The notes beneath the pieces are model-generated. The model saw only the letters and a list, made by a program, of their open reading frames with translations, was not told the origin of the DNA and did no database searches. A program made the position numbers and the translations under genes. A DNA stretch of 63,770 bases, the filler included, from Folioceros fuciformis (taxonomy: Eukaryota): assembly GCA_049999805.1 (NCBI GenBank). It is 20 parts of 20 records of this genome, joined end to end, with 100 filler letters (N's around TTAATTAATTAA, not from the genome) between each part and the next. Parts side by side here need not be neighbours in the genome. Positions count along the whole stretch, not along the records: positions 9,250 to 12,042 come from JBNGIO010002349.1; positions 12,143 to 13,594 come from JBNGIO010002350.1; positions 13,695 to 15,017 come from JBNGIO010002351.1; positions 15,118 to 16,929 come from JBNGIO010002352.1; positions 17,030 to 19,610 come from JBNGIO010002353.1; positions 19,711 to 27,923 come from JBNGIO010002354.1; 14 more parts are not named here. One strand, 5' to 3'. Below, piece by piece: positions 9,398 to 22,541 of this stretch (position 1 is the stretch's first letter; every line of letters starts with the position of its first letter).

Positions 9398-12042
9398 GTT
9401 CCTTCTCTCTAGGGTTTTCTCTCCCTAGGGTTTCCTCTCTCCCTCCGGGTCGTTCCTACCCGACTAATTACCTCCTGCCCACGCATCCCCTTTTGTGCTT
9501 CCCATCCTTGGTTCACCACAAAACCGCCTCTCTCACCTCAGGAACAAGCGCACGCACACATGAACAGCAGCAATCTGTTGGACACATTCCACCCGCGTGA
9601 TCTCACACCTTAGATACACCCCCTGCAGTCTCAATTCAGCTTCTTCACAGCCTCTCCAGTCTCATCGCGACCAGTCACACATACACACCACGTCTCATTG
9701 CACCCCACACACATTACTCACCTCGCCTCCAAGGTTTCCCCGGCTTTGTTCTCTCTTACCCCACTCACCAGTTCTCTGTATACATTCTGCCCGTCTTAAC
9801 AGTCGTCGAATCACTTCCACTCCGCTTCACTTCCTGTTTCCACTCCTTTTGGCTTCCTTTTCGCATTCGCTCTTACCCACTACTCGGCCACTCGCTCCTC
9901 CTCCTTCTCACACACGCACACTCTCGCGCTCTCCTTTCTCCGGTTCTTCAGTCTTCTTTCTCAGTGATGCCCCTCCTGGGCTCCTATTAACGTTGAGGAA
10001 TGGTGAGGTACCAGGGCTAAGGGAAGAGGAGTCCCTTCCACTCCGAACTCGCGGATTCGGCTCCGACACCCGCACCACCCCACGTGATCACCTCAAGGAT
10101 AGCTGGGGAGCTTCTCTCCCACTCGGCGAGGCTCCTCCTCCTGATTCGTCCCCGGACCTGATCACGGAACGCCCACCACCTACACCCGCACCCGAGGTTG
10201 CTACGTGCGCTCGCTTGCCTGGACCTCCTGTCTGGCAACGGCCATTGCTAGGTCCCTGCAAGGTCGACTGTTCGGCTGGTTCTTGCTGATTTCTTAGGCC
10301 TTCAAACCGGCCTCTTGTACACGGTGATGGCGGTTTTTTCCGCCATAAAGTCTATCAGGCAGGGGAGCTGCGCTCTTAAATTCTAAGCGACTTAGGTCCA
10401 AATGAAGCACGCTAAAAAAATCCTATTCTAGCCTGCATTTACTATCGCCCTTTCCCACGCCGCTGGCGGCTTCCTCCTGGCCTTCGCACGTCACCCCTTT
10501 CCGCTCCTCCTCTCGCTCTTCTGCCCCTCCGTTGGTCCGGCAGATCCTCCCAGAGGATCTCCACATCACCGTTGCTACTGCTGGACCTGGCTGGCGGCAC
10601 AGGTGGGTCCCGCCGCTGTGGTCCACCACTCCTCCTCCTTCTCTGGTTGTTGAGGACAGCCACAGGCCCCCGTTCTACCCAGCGCCAGGCCTCCTCTTCC
10701 ATCAGTTCCTCCAGAATTGCCTTCGCATAGCAGTGGAGCAGTCTTGTCACCCACCAGCTGTAGTGGTAGAGTCCCAAGCGCATCCTCAACTGCAGGCCGT
10801 AGCACCGCGTCCCTCCTGTGCCCATACGTACATACAGAAACAGCTTCAGAACCCTGGCCCCTTCTACATACAGGCCTGGCACATAGGAGGCCTCCTCCTC
10901 ATACTGCAGCACAATCCGACCTTCTGTCATAACGAGGTGCTTACCCCGTCCTCCCTTGGGCTACCTCGGGTTGCCTGCTCCCCCTCCTGCTGGGGTACCT
11001 GAAGGTTCTCTTCCTCCCCAGCTGTTGCCTCCTCCGGCTCTGTCCTCCTGGTACGGGTCACCCTCCTGGAGCACCTAGGGGGCAGGCGCCCCTACTGCTT
11101 CCTCCTTCGTTTCCAGGGTTGGTTCTTCAGCTATCATGGGCCTTGCTGGGAAGCCGGTAACCCCGTCGGCTACCTGACTACCGTTCCCCTGGTTTGGCTA
11201 CCGGTAGCCCCTTCTACTATCGGGGTCGCCGACTGACTCGCACGCCCAGCCTTGCCCTTCCCCTTCACTCTCTCTCTGGCCTCATCCCGCTTCCGCTTGT
11301 ATCTGTCAGCCAACTTCTGAGCCTGCTCCACAGCGGCTATCTCCATCTCTTATGCCCTAGCCATTTCCTGTTGCATCTCCAGGTTAGTCTCGTGAGCCTC
11401 CCTCACCTGAGCTAGCAGGGTCCCCTGTTGCTCTTTCAGCGCCTGCATTTCAACCCTCGCCTCGCGCGCCTCTTCCTCGGCTTGAGCCTTCTCCCTGTCC
11501 AGGACCCACTGCTTCTCCTCCAGCAGTTGCCGCGCCGTCTCTGACTCCGCCATTTGCCTCCTTGCTTCAGCCTCTCGCTCACGAGCCTTCTCCTACTTTC
11601 CCCGAGCCTCGGACTCTCGCTCCGCTTATACACTTAACTAGGTCAGGGCCCTAGCAGCTTGATCCAGGAGGTATGCTTGGGCTTGCACCATCGCAGCAAT
11701 CAGCCCGAGCAGGTCCACCTCCTACACCCCTCCAGTGCCCATTCTTCTCGCCGTGATTTGTCTGCCCAGGAATTCTCGCAACTTGTCCAGGTCCCCCACT
11801 TGCAACCTCTCTCTGAGGCCTGCACCTGAAAATATCCTTCCACCTTGAGAAACCCTCTTGTGCTGAAACATGCCCTAACTTATCCTCCTGTCTGGAGGAA
11901 ACTGTGTCGGCTGCCATCACCTGATCCTGTGGCTCCTCGGGTCTTGTCTCACCCTGACCTTGCTCCTCCAACCTTCGGTCCTTGATTCCCTGGATAGCTG
12001 GTTCTCGTTCTGCCTCCTGCTGACCCGTCTGCTCCAGGGCTG
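9250..12042 (-). mobile_element. Type B element: 3' part of accessory ORF (coiled coil + conserved C-terminal domain) and downstream LTR-like region
   Basis: Near-identical to about 49098-50770 and homologous to about 37330-39300. Peptide YEEEASYVPGLYVEGARVLKLFLYVRMG. (CT)n tract near 9367-9394. Confidence 0.8.
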
Positions 12043-13494
12043 NNNNNNNNNNNNNNNNNNNNNNNNNNNNNNNNNNNNNNNNNNNNTTAATTAATTAANN
12101 NNNNNNNNNNNNNNNNNNNNNNNNNNNNNNNNNNNNNNNNNNTTGTTATAGCCAGTAACAATGTGAGATGACCTATGATTTACTTGGCAGATGATCTACA
12201 AGATCTGCTACCGCGATTCTTTGTCATTGCTGCGCCAGGCTATCGTAAACTCGAAAGCATTGTAGGGTTAAGTGAGGAGGAATCTTGGTATGAAAAACTG
12301 CATAGCACGGCAACGGCGGTAGACAATTTCGATTATTCATCCAAACAAAAGGATGAGTGACTTGCTGTCAAAGAATATGTCTCACACCAGCGCGCCCAGT
12401 AGCTGATCATAGTAATCTTGCAGCTATGATACCATAAATGATTGGAAGCACACATCGTGACATGTAGAACTAGTCTTGTCCCAGAGGCTGGTGTGCGTGA
12501 GAAGACAACGTTTTGAATCAAGAAAAGAAAATACATATACAACGAAGTTGTAACCGTTTTGTAATTAGGAATTAATTTAAACTACTCGCTAATCCAGCTA
12601 GAATAAACTTGCCGAATATTTCACATTTGGACTGAACTAGTGATATTGATAATATCTCAATAACGCCTATACCCTTATTCGATGGTGACTAACTATCCTC
12701 CTCAGTTCCCTCTCCTCCCTCTTTGTAAGACACCGCACCGGTTGCCTGCACACACTCATATTATCTATGAGTAGCACTCCCATAGGACTTACTATGACTA
12801 CCAAAATGCACTGCACAGCAGACACATGCAAATCATTATGCATAGTCCTATGATAGATGTGCACCTCCCTCACCACTTCCCCTAGTCCCCTAAATTGGCA
12901 CTAAAGAGTAACATAGGTGCTTGTGGAATAAGGCAACATGTAAACCCTACTACAGACAAACTGGTTGTCGTGCATGGCTGGGGGAGTAGGGGTAGGCATG
13001 ACAAGCACAGTGCGCATGCATGCATGTGCGTACTACGCACATGCTGCAAGGGGCTGAATAATGAAGGACTTGTACATGCGGTGAAGTCTGATGACCTAGA
13101 TCTTAACCGTTCCCGATTGCGCTAAATAGCATTTTTTGCAAATGAGCACTACCTTTTGCATAACATCCTTTCTCAAATGTCATGCCTTAAATTATGCCTA
13201 CTCACCGACTAATGGTCTAGGTGCCAGCTGATTGACGCCCGAAACTCCTTTGTTGTATGGTACTTGAGTCTACACTAGGCCCAATTGGAACAAAAATACT
13301 AAAACTTCAAAACTCTACGGACACTCATATACAAACACGAAATCATACACTACAACAACTCTTGCGAGCCTTTGTTGGTCGTCTGTGTCAAAGTTGTCAA
13401 TCTCTTCCAACTCCTTTATCCACACAATCACCGTTTTCCTTGGGTTCTTCGGAAGCCGGCAGTGATAGCCAAACCGCCTCCAACATCGTCTACT

Positions 13495-13594
13495 GTAGAG
13501 GAAAAAGACTTTCGGAACTCCCATTTTGAGAGACAGAATGTGCAGGTTGTGATTTTTTTTTGTGAAAAAGCAAGTGAACCGACTTAGCTTGTGA
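13495..13594 (+). repeat. Conserved upstream module of type B elements
   Basis: AACTCCCATTTTGAG-N-GAC-N-GAATG-N-GCAGGTTGTGA(T)nGTGAAA matches the reverse complement of about 51113-51200. Confidence 0.75.
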
Positions 13595-13694
13595 NNNNNN
13601 NNNNNNNNNNNNNNNNNNNNNNNNNNNNNNNNNNNNNNTTAATTAATTAANNNNNNNNNNNNNNNNNNNNNNNNNNNNNNNNNNNNNNNNNNNN

Positions 13695-15017
13695 TTTCTA
13701 AATGGGGACTTGGAGGAAGACATTTACATGGAGCAACCCCAAGGCTATGTAGTTATGGGCAAGGAGAACATGGTTTGCAAATTGAAGAAAGTTCTTTATG
13801 GATTGAAGCAGGCTCCAAGAGCTTGGTATCAAAAGATTAACTCATATCTTTTGGAGCAGGGTTTTCGGCAATGCACATCAGATGAGAGCATCTACATTTT
13901 TGAGGTCTTCCAAAGTAAGGTAATCTTAGCCATATATGTGGATGATCTTATCTTGTTGAGTCCATCTTTAAGCAGTATTGATAAAGTGAAGGAGATGTTG
14001 TCAAAGAAGTTTGAAATGAAGGACTTAGGGAACATCAACTATTGTCTTGGAATTGAAGTGCGGAGAGATAGGGCAGCATGTATCATCAGGCTTGGTCAGC
14101 AAGGGTATGTTGAGGGATTATTGGAGCGATTTGGAATGATGGATTGCAAGCCTATTGGGACCCCTCAAGATTTAGGTGTGAAGTTGTGTAAGGTTGACTA
14201 CTCATCAAATGATGGGGAGGAGCATGAGATGAGTAACATCCCATATAGGGCAGCAGTTGGAAGTTTGATGTATGCCATGGTAGGAGCACGTCCAGACATT
14301 GAAAAGGCAGTAGGAGTAGTGAGCCAATTTATGCAAAGCCCTGGAAAGCAACATTGGATTGCGGTGAAAAGGATCATGCGATACTTGAGAGGTACAAGTG
14401 ATATGTGGTTGGAATTCTCGGGTGGAATCAAATGCCATAATATTATTGGGTATTGTGACTCCGATTGGGGAAGTGATCTTGATGATAGAAGATCCACTAC
14501 AGGATATACTTTTATTTTAGGAGGAGATGCCATTACCTGGAATAGTAAGAAGCAACCCACGGTGGCCATATCGACAGTTGAAGCTGAGTACATGGCATCC
14601 ACACAAGCCACCAAGGAGGCCGTATGGTTGAGAAAGCTCATGGAGGAGATTGGTTATGAACAATTGCATCCGACCACTCTTAGGAGCGATAGTCAAGGAA
14701 GTATGGCCTTGATCAAGAATCCAGTGCATCATGCAAGGACAAAGCATATTGACATTCAACATCACTTTGTACGTGAGAAGGTGAAGTTATTGGAGGTTAC
14801 TTTTGAATATTGCAACACTGAGGAAATGGATGCAGATTTCTTAACCAAGGCAGTGAGTAAGTTCAAGTTTGAGAAATGCAGGGGACTACTTGGACTCAAG
14901 CAAACTCAAGTGCGTTGAGTGGGAGTGTTAAGCATGATTAATGTTGAGATTAATTAATTAGTGCTAATCTAGCTTATTGAGTTTGTACTAATTAGTGGTA
15001 AGAGTGATTAAGGTTAT
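13695..15017 (+). mobile_element. Ty1/copia RT-RNase H, PPT and start of 3' LTR
   Basis: Open frame to 14918 with LYGLKQAPR, YVDDL, GYCDSDW and RTKHIDIQHHF. Purine tract GAGTGGGAG, then TGTTAAG at 14926. Confidence 0.95.
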
Positions 15018-15117
15018 NNNNNNNNNNNNNNNNNNNNNNNNNNNNNNNNNNNNNNNNNNNNTTAATTAATTAANNNNNNNNNNNNNNNNNNNNNNNNNNN
15101 NNNNNNNNNNNNNNNNN

Positions 15118-16482
15118 GGCTTAGTACGGGAGTAAAACAGGGTATTTATACTCAAGAGGCTCCTGGGCCCTTGGTGTTTTAATAGGATTGAGTGACAGGA
15201 CCAAGGAGCAGCGTGTTCAGGAGTGTCCTTGGCCCTTGGTGGTTCAAGGGTACTCAAGGTCTATATATGCACCCCTCCCCCCCTGAAAATAAGAAGTAGG
15301 AAATGGGGTAGGGGCTTAGGTAGTTGTGGACTTAGGCAAAAAATCGGAGTGTGATGACTGGGCGACGGTAGTCGGTTGGGCGACCGTTGTGGAAGGGGAA
15401 CCGGTGGTAGCCCAACCGACGATAGTGGAATGGGAACGGCAATATAAAACCCTAGAGAGAGGCAGGGGGAAGTCTGGGTAGTAATCAAGGCAGGAACGTC
15501 CGGGGGTTAGAGCGGGAGAGCGAGTAGCCACGAAGCGCGACGACGGCCGGGGGTGGAGTGCAAGCCTAGGCAGTTAGCAGAGAGGGCGGAGAGCTTGGCG
15601 ATCACGAGTGTAGGAGAGCATTAGGGTTCGGAGTACGGGGGAAAATCAGGCAAGATAAGGTCGCGACCAGAGTTGCTGCTAGGAGTAACGGTACTTGAGT
15701 AGGAAGGAGAATCCTTTGTACCAAAGATCGATGTGCTCCTGTGGCCCAATATGGAGCACTGGAGGGCCAGAGCCGGAGGACTGGTCGGAGAACTAGGCCT
15801 CGGGTTCATGACCCAGAGGTGGAACCATGCGGCGCCGCAACTGGTCAAGGAGTGCGCCCTGAAGATGAGAGAGCCCATTGGAGAAGAGGGAATCCGCGGC
15901 AGACCCTAGGGGTGGAACTTGGAGTTGGTAAGGCGGGTGTATGGCCGCGATTAGCAGGAAGAGGGAGGACTGGTGCTGGAGTCCCTGAAGAAACGAGGTG
16001 GCACAGCGGGGGCCCAGAAGCTACTCAAACCAGGCACCAAGAAGGAAGCCAATGGGTGGCTGGTTCGCGACATGGCCAACCCTCAGCTGATGGGTCTGGC
16101 CAGGTGGTTCCTATGTTTCCTGCAGGTTCGCACGCAAGATTATCTGTCCGACCAAATGCTCCTGTTTGTGCACGAGGTAGTCAAGGGGAGCAAGGTGGAC
16201 TGGGGGAAAATCCTGTACGCCAAGATGGACGAGGAGAGGTAGAATCCAACCTCGTCCTCTCCTCGGCCTTCAATGATTTCTCCCTTTCTAATTCATATCT
16301 ACTGCTATGCTAACCTCGTGTCTAAGCTGGAGGTGCTCACCTCACTGCACATGTGGAGACCGATAAGGGACGTGAAGTGGAAGCCCGCTGAACCAGTAGG
16401 AGCCGACTCCAGCAGCTGGGAGTCAGGCAGTGCGGATAGTTCGAAGGAGGGGACCCCTACCACGCAGAAGCGGAAGGCAGGG
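15118..16482 (+). mobile_element. Type B element: promoter region and N-terminal domain of accessory ORF (decayed)
   Basis: TATAAAACCCTAG at 15443. Frame reads LGLGFMTQRWNHAAPQLVKEC...IRGRP*GWNLELVRRVYG...NGWLVRD...VDWGKILYAKMDEE...SPFLIHIY. Its 3' part overlaps the copy at about 39540-39730. Confidence 0.75.
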
Positions 16483-16929
16483 TGTGAACCTCCAAAGTTT
16501 GGGGTAGTAGTTTGTTTTGGTTGAAAAAGGGTTAATACTGGTATGGTTTGGTTTTCTTTTTCAACTTATTTTCCCTAATTTCCTTGATTTTCTGGTCATT
16601 TTTCCTATTTTTCTGTGTGTTAATTAGGTTAATTGACCAGGAAATAGTTGGTTTGGTTATAAGAGTGGGTATAGGTTTGGTCCCAGAGCTGGGAAGGTTT
16701 AGGTTCGGTACCAGGCCATAGGGTTGGGTGATTAGTTTAATATTAATTAAAGATATATAATTAGTAAATGATTAAATAATAATAAAATAATAAAAATAAT
16801 AAAAATAATATAATAATGGTTTGAACATAGGAAGGGGTATCTGGGTGTGTCAGGGTCTGACGATAGACTGGCTGATTGCTTGGCTGGCATGAACGGCTGT
16901 GGAGGCCATGCCCTAGCTAGAGCTAGAGG
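16483..16929 (+). mobile_element. LTR terminus, type A, inserted into the type B ORF
   Basis: TGTGAACCTCCAAAG start shared with 48596, 56872 and 63308. Interrupts the ORF at KRKAG. Confidence 0.85.
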
Positions 16930-17029
16930 NNNNNNNNNNNNNNNNNNNNNNNNNNNNNNNNNNNNNNNNNNNNTTAATTAATTAANNNNNNNNNNNNNNN
17001 NNNNNNNNNNNNNNNNNNNNNNNNNNNNN

Positions 17030-19548
17030 ACAAACTGAAGGCCCTCAGGAGCGAGAGTGGCGGTGAATATATTGCAAGAGATTTCCTCAAGTTTTGCAAG
17101 CAGCGAGGCATTGTCAGGCAGTTTACAAATCCGCATACGCCACAGCAGAATGGAGTGGCCGAAAACAAAAACTGGGGTCTGGAAACCATGGCCTCCAGCA
17201 TGTTACAGTATGCACAGCTGTCCAAATGCTATTGGGCTGAAGCTGTCGCTTATGCAGCCTACATTCAGAACCGAATATCTCACAAATCCGTACCTGGTGC
17301 CACGCCATACGAGCTATGGACGGGAAGCAAGCCTAGTGTATCTCATATGCGTGTCTTCGGTTCCAAGGCGTATGCACAGATTCCTAAAGACATCAGACGA
17401 AAATTCGAGCCAAAGTCAAGCCCCTTCATATTCGTTGGTTTTACAGAAGGCGTAAAGGGGTTTAAGCTGCTCAACAGGCAAACTAGACAAACCGTCCACT
17501 CCCGTGATGTAGTATTTGTCGAAGGTGTAGAATCTTTGCATACAGTGGGAGCAGATGTCGGTGACTGGCAGCTCTCAGATGAAGACTCACAGGATGAGGA
17601 CCAGGAGATCCTTGTTGGCGATGTCCTTGTGCCATTGCCAGCACCACAGACTGCAGCTCCACAAATACCTGCAGCACCGCAGTCTGTACGCCCACAAACA
17701 CGCACCAGATTCCAAGCACCTCCGCAGTCACAACTATCTGCACAGCAAAGACGGAGATTAAAGCATGCACATCTGGAGCCTAGGACATCTAGCAGAACAC
17801 GAAGGCAGCCTGAATTCTACGAATCTGAAGATTTCAGGCACCCCAAGTCGCATTTAACATATTGCTTGGCCTCCTATTCTGCTTGGTATGAACCTCCAAC
17901 ATATAAGGATGCATTGTCGTGCCCAGATGCACAGTTGTGGCAGAAGGCCATAGACTCGGAGCTGAGCTCCCTATATGAGAACAAGACTTGGGTCTTGACC
18001 AGTCTCCCACCAAATAGAAAGGCAGTAGGGAGCAGATGGGTGTTTAAAGTTAAGCTCCGGGCAGATGGCACCGTTGAGAGATACAAGGCAAGAGTTGTTG
18101 CAAAAGGCTACTCCCAAATTCCAGGAATAGATTACGATGATACCTTTAGCCCAGTGGTAAAGCTGACCACACTCAGGTTGTTCATTGCCCTGGCCGCGGT
18201 CAATGATTACGAATTGGAGCAACTTGATGTCACAACAGCTTTTCTGTATGGAAACCTGCAAGAAGACATTTTTATGCAAGTACCGGATGGCGTCAGCATC
18301 CCCCCTGACCTGCAAAACCCAGTCTGTAAGTTGCTCAAATCGCTGTACGGTCTAAAACAGAGTGCAAAGGCATGGTTTGGGAAGATAGATACCTTCCTTC
18401 AGGAGTTAGGGTACGCAAGCTTGAATGCTAACACCAATGTATACATGAGACGTGAAGCAGGTTCCTTCATAGCTTTGGCCATATATGTAGACGATATCAT
18501 AGTCCTTAGTAATTCGCCTCGGCTGATCTTCATTCTCAAGCGTCAGCTGAGCAGCGAGTTCAAGATCAAGGAAGCAGGGGCACTTACTTTCTGTCTAGGC
18601 ATGCAGTTGCAGCGAAATCGAAAAGAGGGCACGATTTTCCTGCATCAAACAAAATATGCCATGCAAATCTTAGAACGATATGGAATGACTAAATGCAAGC
18701 CTATCTCTACACCTGTAGAATAAAACACAAAGTACAAAGCTCAGGTTGGAAGCATACCTGAGGATGAAGCAGCCATCGTGGATCAGTATTCCTCCAAGAA
18801 CGGGTCAGTCATGCATCTTATGATAGGCACAAGGCCTGATTTAGCTTTCAGTAGCGGGCTGACCTCAAGATTCGTCTCCAACCCAAATTTGAAGCATAAT
18901 GATCTGATGACGAGGCTGTATAGATACATTGCAGCCACCGTGGACTAGGGCATCCTATATAGCTCAAAGGCACACAAAGCATTGCAAATGGTCGCCTACA
19001 GCGATGCGGACTAGGCCGGAGACTCTGACAGCAGGAAGAGTATCTCCAGCTACGTTACCTTGCTAGCTGGAGGCGCCATTGGCTGGAGCAGCAGGAGGCA
19101 GCCGACTATTGCGCTCTCTTCGACCGAAGCTGAGTACAAGAGCCTCACTGAGGCATGCAAGGAGGTCACCTGGACAGTGGGAGCGCTCACCGAGCTTGGT
19201 GTACCACAGACCCTACCGGTGACTCTACTCTGTGACAATCAAAGTGCTATAGCCTTGACTATGAACCCCAGGTTCCACGCGCGCACCAAACATATAGAAA
19301 TTCAGCACCATTACATAAGGGAAGTTGTAAATGCTGGAACAGTCAGAGTTGAGTATTGCCCGATAGAGCTAATGACAGCAGACATCTTGACGAAGGGGCT
19401 CGGACGCGTGAAGCACTATCGACACGCAGCTGGGCTCGGACTCCGCGCATCAGGCAAGGACTTGAGGTGGAGCTCGGCTCCGGATCCAGTAACCGGGAAG
19501 GGCAAGGCGATGGCGGCGCGCGAAGACAAAGACGAAGATGAAGACTGA
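17030..19548 (+). mobile_element. Ty1/copia integrase-RT-RNase H (premature stops)
   Basis: TPQQNGVAE, RYKARVVAKG, LYGLKQSAK, YVDDI and RTKHIEIQHH in IN-RT-RH order. Stops near 18721, 18946 and 19012. Confidence 0.95.
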
Positions 19549-19753
19549 ACCCTGATTCAAGTTTCTTATAAGTTAGAGTACTTTATGTAAATAACTTGAC
19601 TATACTAACCNNNNNNNNNNNNNNNNNNNNNNNNNNNNNNNNNNNNNNNNNNNNTTAATTAATTAANNNNNNNNNNNNNNNNNNNNNNNNNNNNNNNNNN
19701 NNNNNNNNNNGAATTGGAGTGTGATATGGACGGTTCGGTTCGGTTCTTTGCAG

Positions 19754-21530
19754 GGCGTGCCTCGTGGATGCCGCGCTGGAGTCGGGCCAGATTTTTAAGG
19801 ACGCTGGCTTCAACTACATCAAGGAGGCCTGGGACAAGGGGGGCACGTTGCACCTCATCGGCCTCCTCAGTGATGGAGGTGTGCATTCCCGGAGCGACCA
19901 GCTGCTGGGCATCATACACGGGGCTTTCGATCATGGGTGCAAGAAAATCAGGGTTCATGTGCTGACAGACGGTCGGGATGTGCCTGATGGAAGCAGTGTT
20001 CAGTACGTGGGCCAGCTTGAGAAGGAGTTGGAGCACCTCCGGGGTCAGGGCTGTGATGCCCTCATCGCCTCTGGAGGGGGACGTATGTACGTCACCATGG
20101 ATCGGTACGAGGTGAGGTTCCCATGAGGCTCACAGTGTTCTTCAACCGCCTGGGTTTTCCATCCGTGGTTTGTTTCATCACCCAGGCCATTTATTGTTCC
20201 TGTTTGCGCATGCTTGTGTAGGCTGACTGGAAGATTGTGGAGCGTGGTTGGCATGCACACGTCCTGGGGGAGGCACCTTACAAGTTCGAGCACGCGCTGG
20301 ATGCCCTGGAGGTGATCAAGAAGAGAGACCCCAAAGTGAATGACCAGTACTATCCCCCTTTCGTGATTGTGGACAAGAAAGGGAACCCGGTTGGACCCAT
20401 TGTGGACGGAGATGCCGTGGTCATTTTCAACTTCCGTGCTGACAGAGTCATTGAGATCAGCAAGGCTTTTGAATACCCTCAGTTCGACAAGTTTGATCGC
20501 AAAAGATTTCCCAAGACCCACTTTGTAGGGCTCATGCAGTATGATGGGGATCTGAAGCTTCCTTCACGCTTCCTGGTGGCTCCTCCCGTCATTGAGAAGA
20601 CATCTGGACAGTACCTGGTGAAGAACAACGTCAGGACTTTCGCTTGCAGGTGAGCGTGATGCAGCATGTGGTGCAGTATCCTGCTCCCGAATTGGTGATG
20701 TTGGTGGCCTGACGCTCGGGTCTTGGTGCAGTGAGACTCAGAAGTTCGGACATGTCACCTTCTTCTGGAATGGCAATCGATCAGGAAAGCTGGATGATGA
20801 GCTGGAGCAGTACTACGAAGTGACCAGTGACAATGTTCCCTTCAACCAACTACCCAAGATGAAAGCTGCAGAGATCACCAAGGCTGCAAAGGATGCCATT
20901 CTCTCAAAGAAGTACGACTATGTTCGCATCAATTTTGCAAACGGCGACATGGTTGGCCACACGGGCGATCTGGAGGCGGTCCTTGTGGCTTGTGAAGCGG
21001 TGGACAAAGGTGTCAAGGTATGTGTGTGTGTCTCTCTCTCGTGATTTTCCACTGCCATGGCTGAGGAGGGAGCAGGCTCGCTGATATTTGCCTGATTGTT
21101 ACGATGCAGGAACTGTTGGACGCAGTGGAGAAGGCAGGAGGCATCTGGCTTTTGACTGCCGACCATGGAAACTGCGACGATATGGCTCAGCGAAAGAAGG
21201 ATGGCTCTCCATTACGTAATGCAGAGGGCAAAGTTGAACCTTTGACCTCTCATACCTTAGCACCGGTACATCTCAGTCCCTGAACCTCCTCGTGGTTTCT
21301 GTGTCAGGGTGCAGCCATTTATTTCTGAGACAAAGTGTCGGAAGGTAATCCATGTTGGTGCGTGTTTGTAGGTTCCCATCACATTTGGGGGTCCAGGGCT
21401 CCCACCCTCCATCAAGTTCCGCACTGACTTACCAAATGCAGGACTGGCGAATGTGACGGCAACGTACATGAACCTGCTGGGCTTTGAGGCTCCGACGGGT
21501 TACGAGCCGTCGCTTATCACCCACCTGTAG
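19754..21530 (+). CDS. iPGAM: 2,3-bisphosphoglycerate-independent phosphoglycerate mutase, last five exons (5' end missing)
   Basis: GT-AG exons 19754-20111, 20222-20649, 20732-21017, 21110-21265 and 21372-21530. Motifs LSDGGVHS, DGRD, FNFRADR, SETQKFGHVTFFWNG, NGDMVGHTG and TADHGN. Confidence 0.96.
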
Positions 21531-22541
21531 ATAGCTTATGACAGCAAGGAAAGCAAAAGCCAAGTTTGAACCGCGGCGTGATTATTTTTCTTTCTCTACA
21601 TCGACTTCTTCCTTCTTTTCATCGGAAGGGGGACGATGGATTCGATGTTTGCAGGTGCGATACGTCTCAGAGATCGGATACAATCTGGATACATATCTGC
21701 ATCTGTACATCAGAATATATATATGGTGGGGGCAACCGTGTCAGAAGGATCAGACAAATAGGTCAACAGAGTACTCCCTTGGCGTCATCTGGTTGTAGCA
21801 ATTCCGCCGGGCCATGACAAATGTTACTCGACGCTAAAGCTATGACAGCCATCATTTAGAAATCGGAATCCTTCAACTGCTCTTGCTGGCTAGCAACCAC
21901 AGGTCATGGCAACTTACATAAATATCCACTTCTGACGGATGAAATCTTCCGGTCAGATTCACCTCATGAACTGGAGACATAACACATCCTCGAGAAGCGT
22001 CCATGTGCTGAGTTGAGATGAGTGGAGTGGAAGCTGTACACGGTTTAGGGTTACCATCTTCAAGGAGTTCCGTACCTGGTGGAAGGAGAAATCAAGAGCT
22101 CAACTGCAACACACACAATCTAGACGGACGACATAATCTGGCTGGAAGCTTGCGAAAGAGTTCTTGTCCATCACCCATCCCAGTCTTGTTAACAAACAAG
22201 GCACACTGTAGTGAAGCCTGCAACCTTGTTCCTTCAAAAGTGATCTTCACAAGAGACAGAGACCATTCTCACGTGCTATATCCTCTACGACACGAATCAA
22301 AATTCAGAAAGATGATGTGTTCAGCTGCTCGGAATCTCGGTCTGTCTACACAACATAGACTCTAGGGGGAGGAGACACGGTTGCGAGCGATCGAACACCG
22401 TTGCGCACGTACCGTTCCAGGCCAGCAAGCAGGAAGGTAGGCAAGTGGGTTCTCCGGCAAAAGGCACAGGAGGTGTGGCAACTTGGAGCTTGGACCTGCG
22501 GGAAGCCTCTGTGTGTGTAACACTTCTGGAGTCTCCCCCTG

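Noticed and set aside
19440-19548. Charged C-terminal extension on copia RNase H
   Set aside because: Single dead copy; read-through into the PPT/LTR region is a sufficient explanation.
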